DNA from: Geosiphon pyriformis uo1
Lineage: Eukaryota > Fungi > Glomeromycota
Length of the DNA stretch: 64,000 nt
Assembly (NCBI GenBank): GCA_016748015.1
Contig: JAAOMT010000768.1
Location: 1-64,000, forward strand
Direction of reading: 5' to 3'
Below, piece by piece: positions 62,119-64,000 of this stretch. Each line of letters begins with the position of its first letter. Positions within the stretch are counted from its first letter, which is position 1. The notes beneath the pieces are model-generated. The model saw only the letters and a list, made by a program, of their open reading frames with translations, was not told where the DNA came from and made no database searches. Made by a program: the position numbers and the translations under genes.

Positions 62119-64000
62119 TTATCTCCTTCTTTTTTAATATTAAGCTCTGTCAAAATCTTTGTTTTGAATTAATTCTAATACTTTTTTTTCAAGTATTGTT
62201 TGTTTGACTCTGTTTCTCATGTCTTCTACTTGTATATTGTTCATTTTTCCCTATTGGTTAATGGTTATGGTTTTCATGTTAGAGTGTAACAGTATTTTTA
62301 GGTTGTTCTGAAATATATTGTATAGTCAGTACATTGCTTTAACATGTAGTGTTAAATTCGTCTTCTTTCTGATAATTTCTTCAATTTGTTGTATTATGTC
62401 TTGGTTGAATATTCTCTTGAATTTGTCAGTATACAACTCCTGAATATTCAACTTTTGATCTAACTGGTAGTAGCAATATGATATTAGAAGTCATTCTGTT
62501 CATTGCTTTCAATTTTCTTTTGTAAGCTCTTCTGTTGGTGCCATAACAGGTATTTTCCCAAAAGTGTTCTTTACTTTTCCTATTAAATTATCTGTCCAGT
62601 TTTTATTGTTCTTTGGTGGTTACTGGTATGGTCTATTTTTTGTTTTTCTTTGGATGTTTTGATAGCAAATTATTTGGTTGTTAATAACAATTTCCATGTC
62701 TAACTATTGTTCACTTAGGGCCTAGAATAATTGTTAAGCTATAGTGTGAATATGATTTGGTATTTCCATTTTTCTTGGTTGCTTTTGTCACATATACTGT
62801 GTTTTTATATACTCTTTTGGTTGTTCAATTTGACATGTTTGGTTTAATAACTATGATTGATTCCAGATCTTGTGGAATCTCATCTGGTTGAACTAGTATT
62901 CTTTGTACTTCCAGTTGGGGAATGTTATTGGTAGATAATAATGCTATCTGGTGATATGGTTTTAGTCAATCACCATATGCTGCTTTGGCTAAGATTTTGT
63001 TATCCCATCTTAATTTATAAGTTCTATTTCCAAGAATTTCTTCTATGTAAAATGGTTTATCCCATTTGGGGTTAAATTTTCTATTTCAATTTTTTTCCAC
63101 TTTGGTATAATGTAATAGTATCTTGTCTTCAATCTTAAATTCAACTGATTTATTTGGTAGTTGGTTATCGTGTTGTTTTTTTTGCTTTTTTTGTGACTTT
63201 TGAATGTTATCAGCTGCTTTTTGTCATTTGTTTTCTAGTGTTTCCATTAAGTCATATGTTCTTCTCAACAATGTTTCTTGGAAATTATCTTCTGTTATTG
63301 GTTCAGTTGGATATGTATTGACCTCTATCTCAACTGGTAATGTTGCTGTTCTACCGTATACCAGTTCAAATAGTGTTGCTTGTATGGTGTCTTGTTTCAT
63401 TGTCCAATAAGCAAATAATACTGATGGTATAAACAAATCTCATTCATCTTGGTTTTCTTGACTGATCTTGGCAATTGCTTCACACAATGTTTTGTTAAAT
63501 CTTTCGACTAACCCATTTATTTGTGGATGGTATGGTGATGATAATGGTCTTTTAATTCCAAATCTTTGACTTAATTTTGTCAATATTCTATTCACAAAGT
63601 GAGTTCCTTGATCTGATAATAGTTTTTTTGGACATCTATGTTGACAAATCAACTCTTGATAAATAAATTCGGCAACAGATTCTGTATCTGCTCTTTAAAT
63701 TGCTTTTGTTTCTGGCCATTTAGTAAGATAGTCCATGGCTACTGCAATATATCTGTTGCTTCTGTTAGTAATTGTTAATGGTCCGACTAGATCAATTTCA
63801 ATTTGATTGAATGGTTGTCCCACTTTGATTGGTCTCAATGGTTCATTGGGTTTTGTTCCACCTCTTCTCTGACAAGCATCACAATTTTGAACATATTGAA
63901 TAATGTCTGGATACATTAATGGCCAATAGTATCTTTTTTTGGTTCTTTCTATGGTTGCTTCTTTATGAAAATATCTGGCTGTTGGATCTGAGTGCATGTT
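61216..64000 (-). mobile_element. Gypsy element 6 (family E, related to A): 3' LTR, ORF3 and integrase; continues beyond the window
   Basis: LTR 61216-62118; PPT AAAGAAGGAGATAA; ORF3 62769-62140; integrase 63997-62830 highly similar to element 1. Confidence 0.9.

Overview
AT-rich eukaryotic (fungal) DNA. The protein families and intron signals look like Glomeromycotina, Geosiphon/Ambispora-like (inference, not a database result). About 85% of the window is a nest of decayed retroelements: five Ty3/Gypsy LTR elements from four LTR families (A, B/C, D, E), four solo or partial LTRs, RNase H-bearing LINE pieces and an ORF1-only LINE derivative. All are riddled with C>T/G>A stops. Two CpG-rich minus-strand host genes (662-2299 and 46056-48239) share a near-identical promoter and a coiled-coil first exon ending in a phase-1 intron. 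They carry unrelated C-terminal payloads (restriction-endonuclease fold, plus a kinase in the second gene), which suggests a Crinkler-like exon-shuffled effector system. The Gypsy elements have an unusual architecture: Gag N-terminal extension, Cys-rich zinc-finger block and dUTPase between protease and RT, an integrase that appears to be a separate ORF, and a conserved non-env ORF3. They also have 4-bp TSDs, anti-PBS hairpins and covarying tandem RNA structures in the LTRs.
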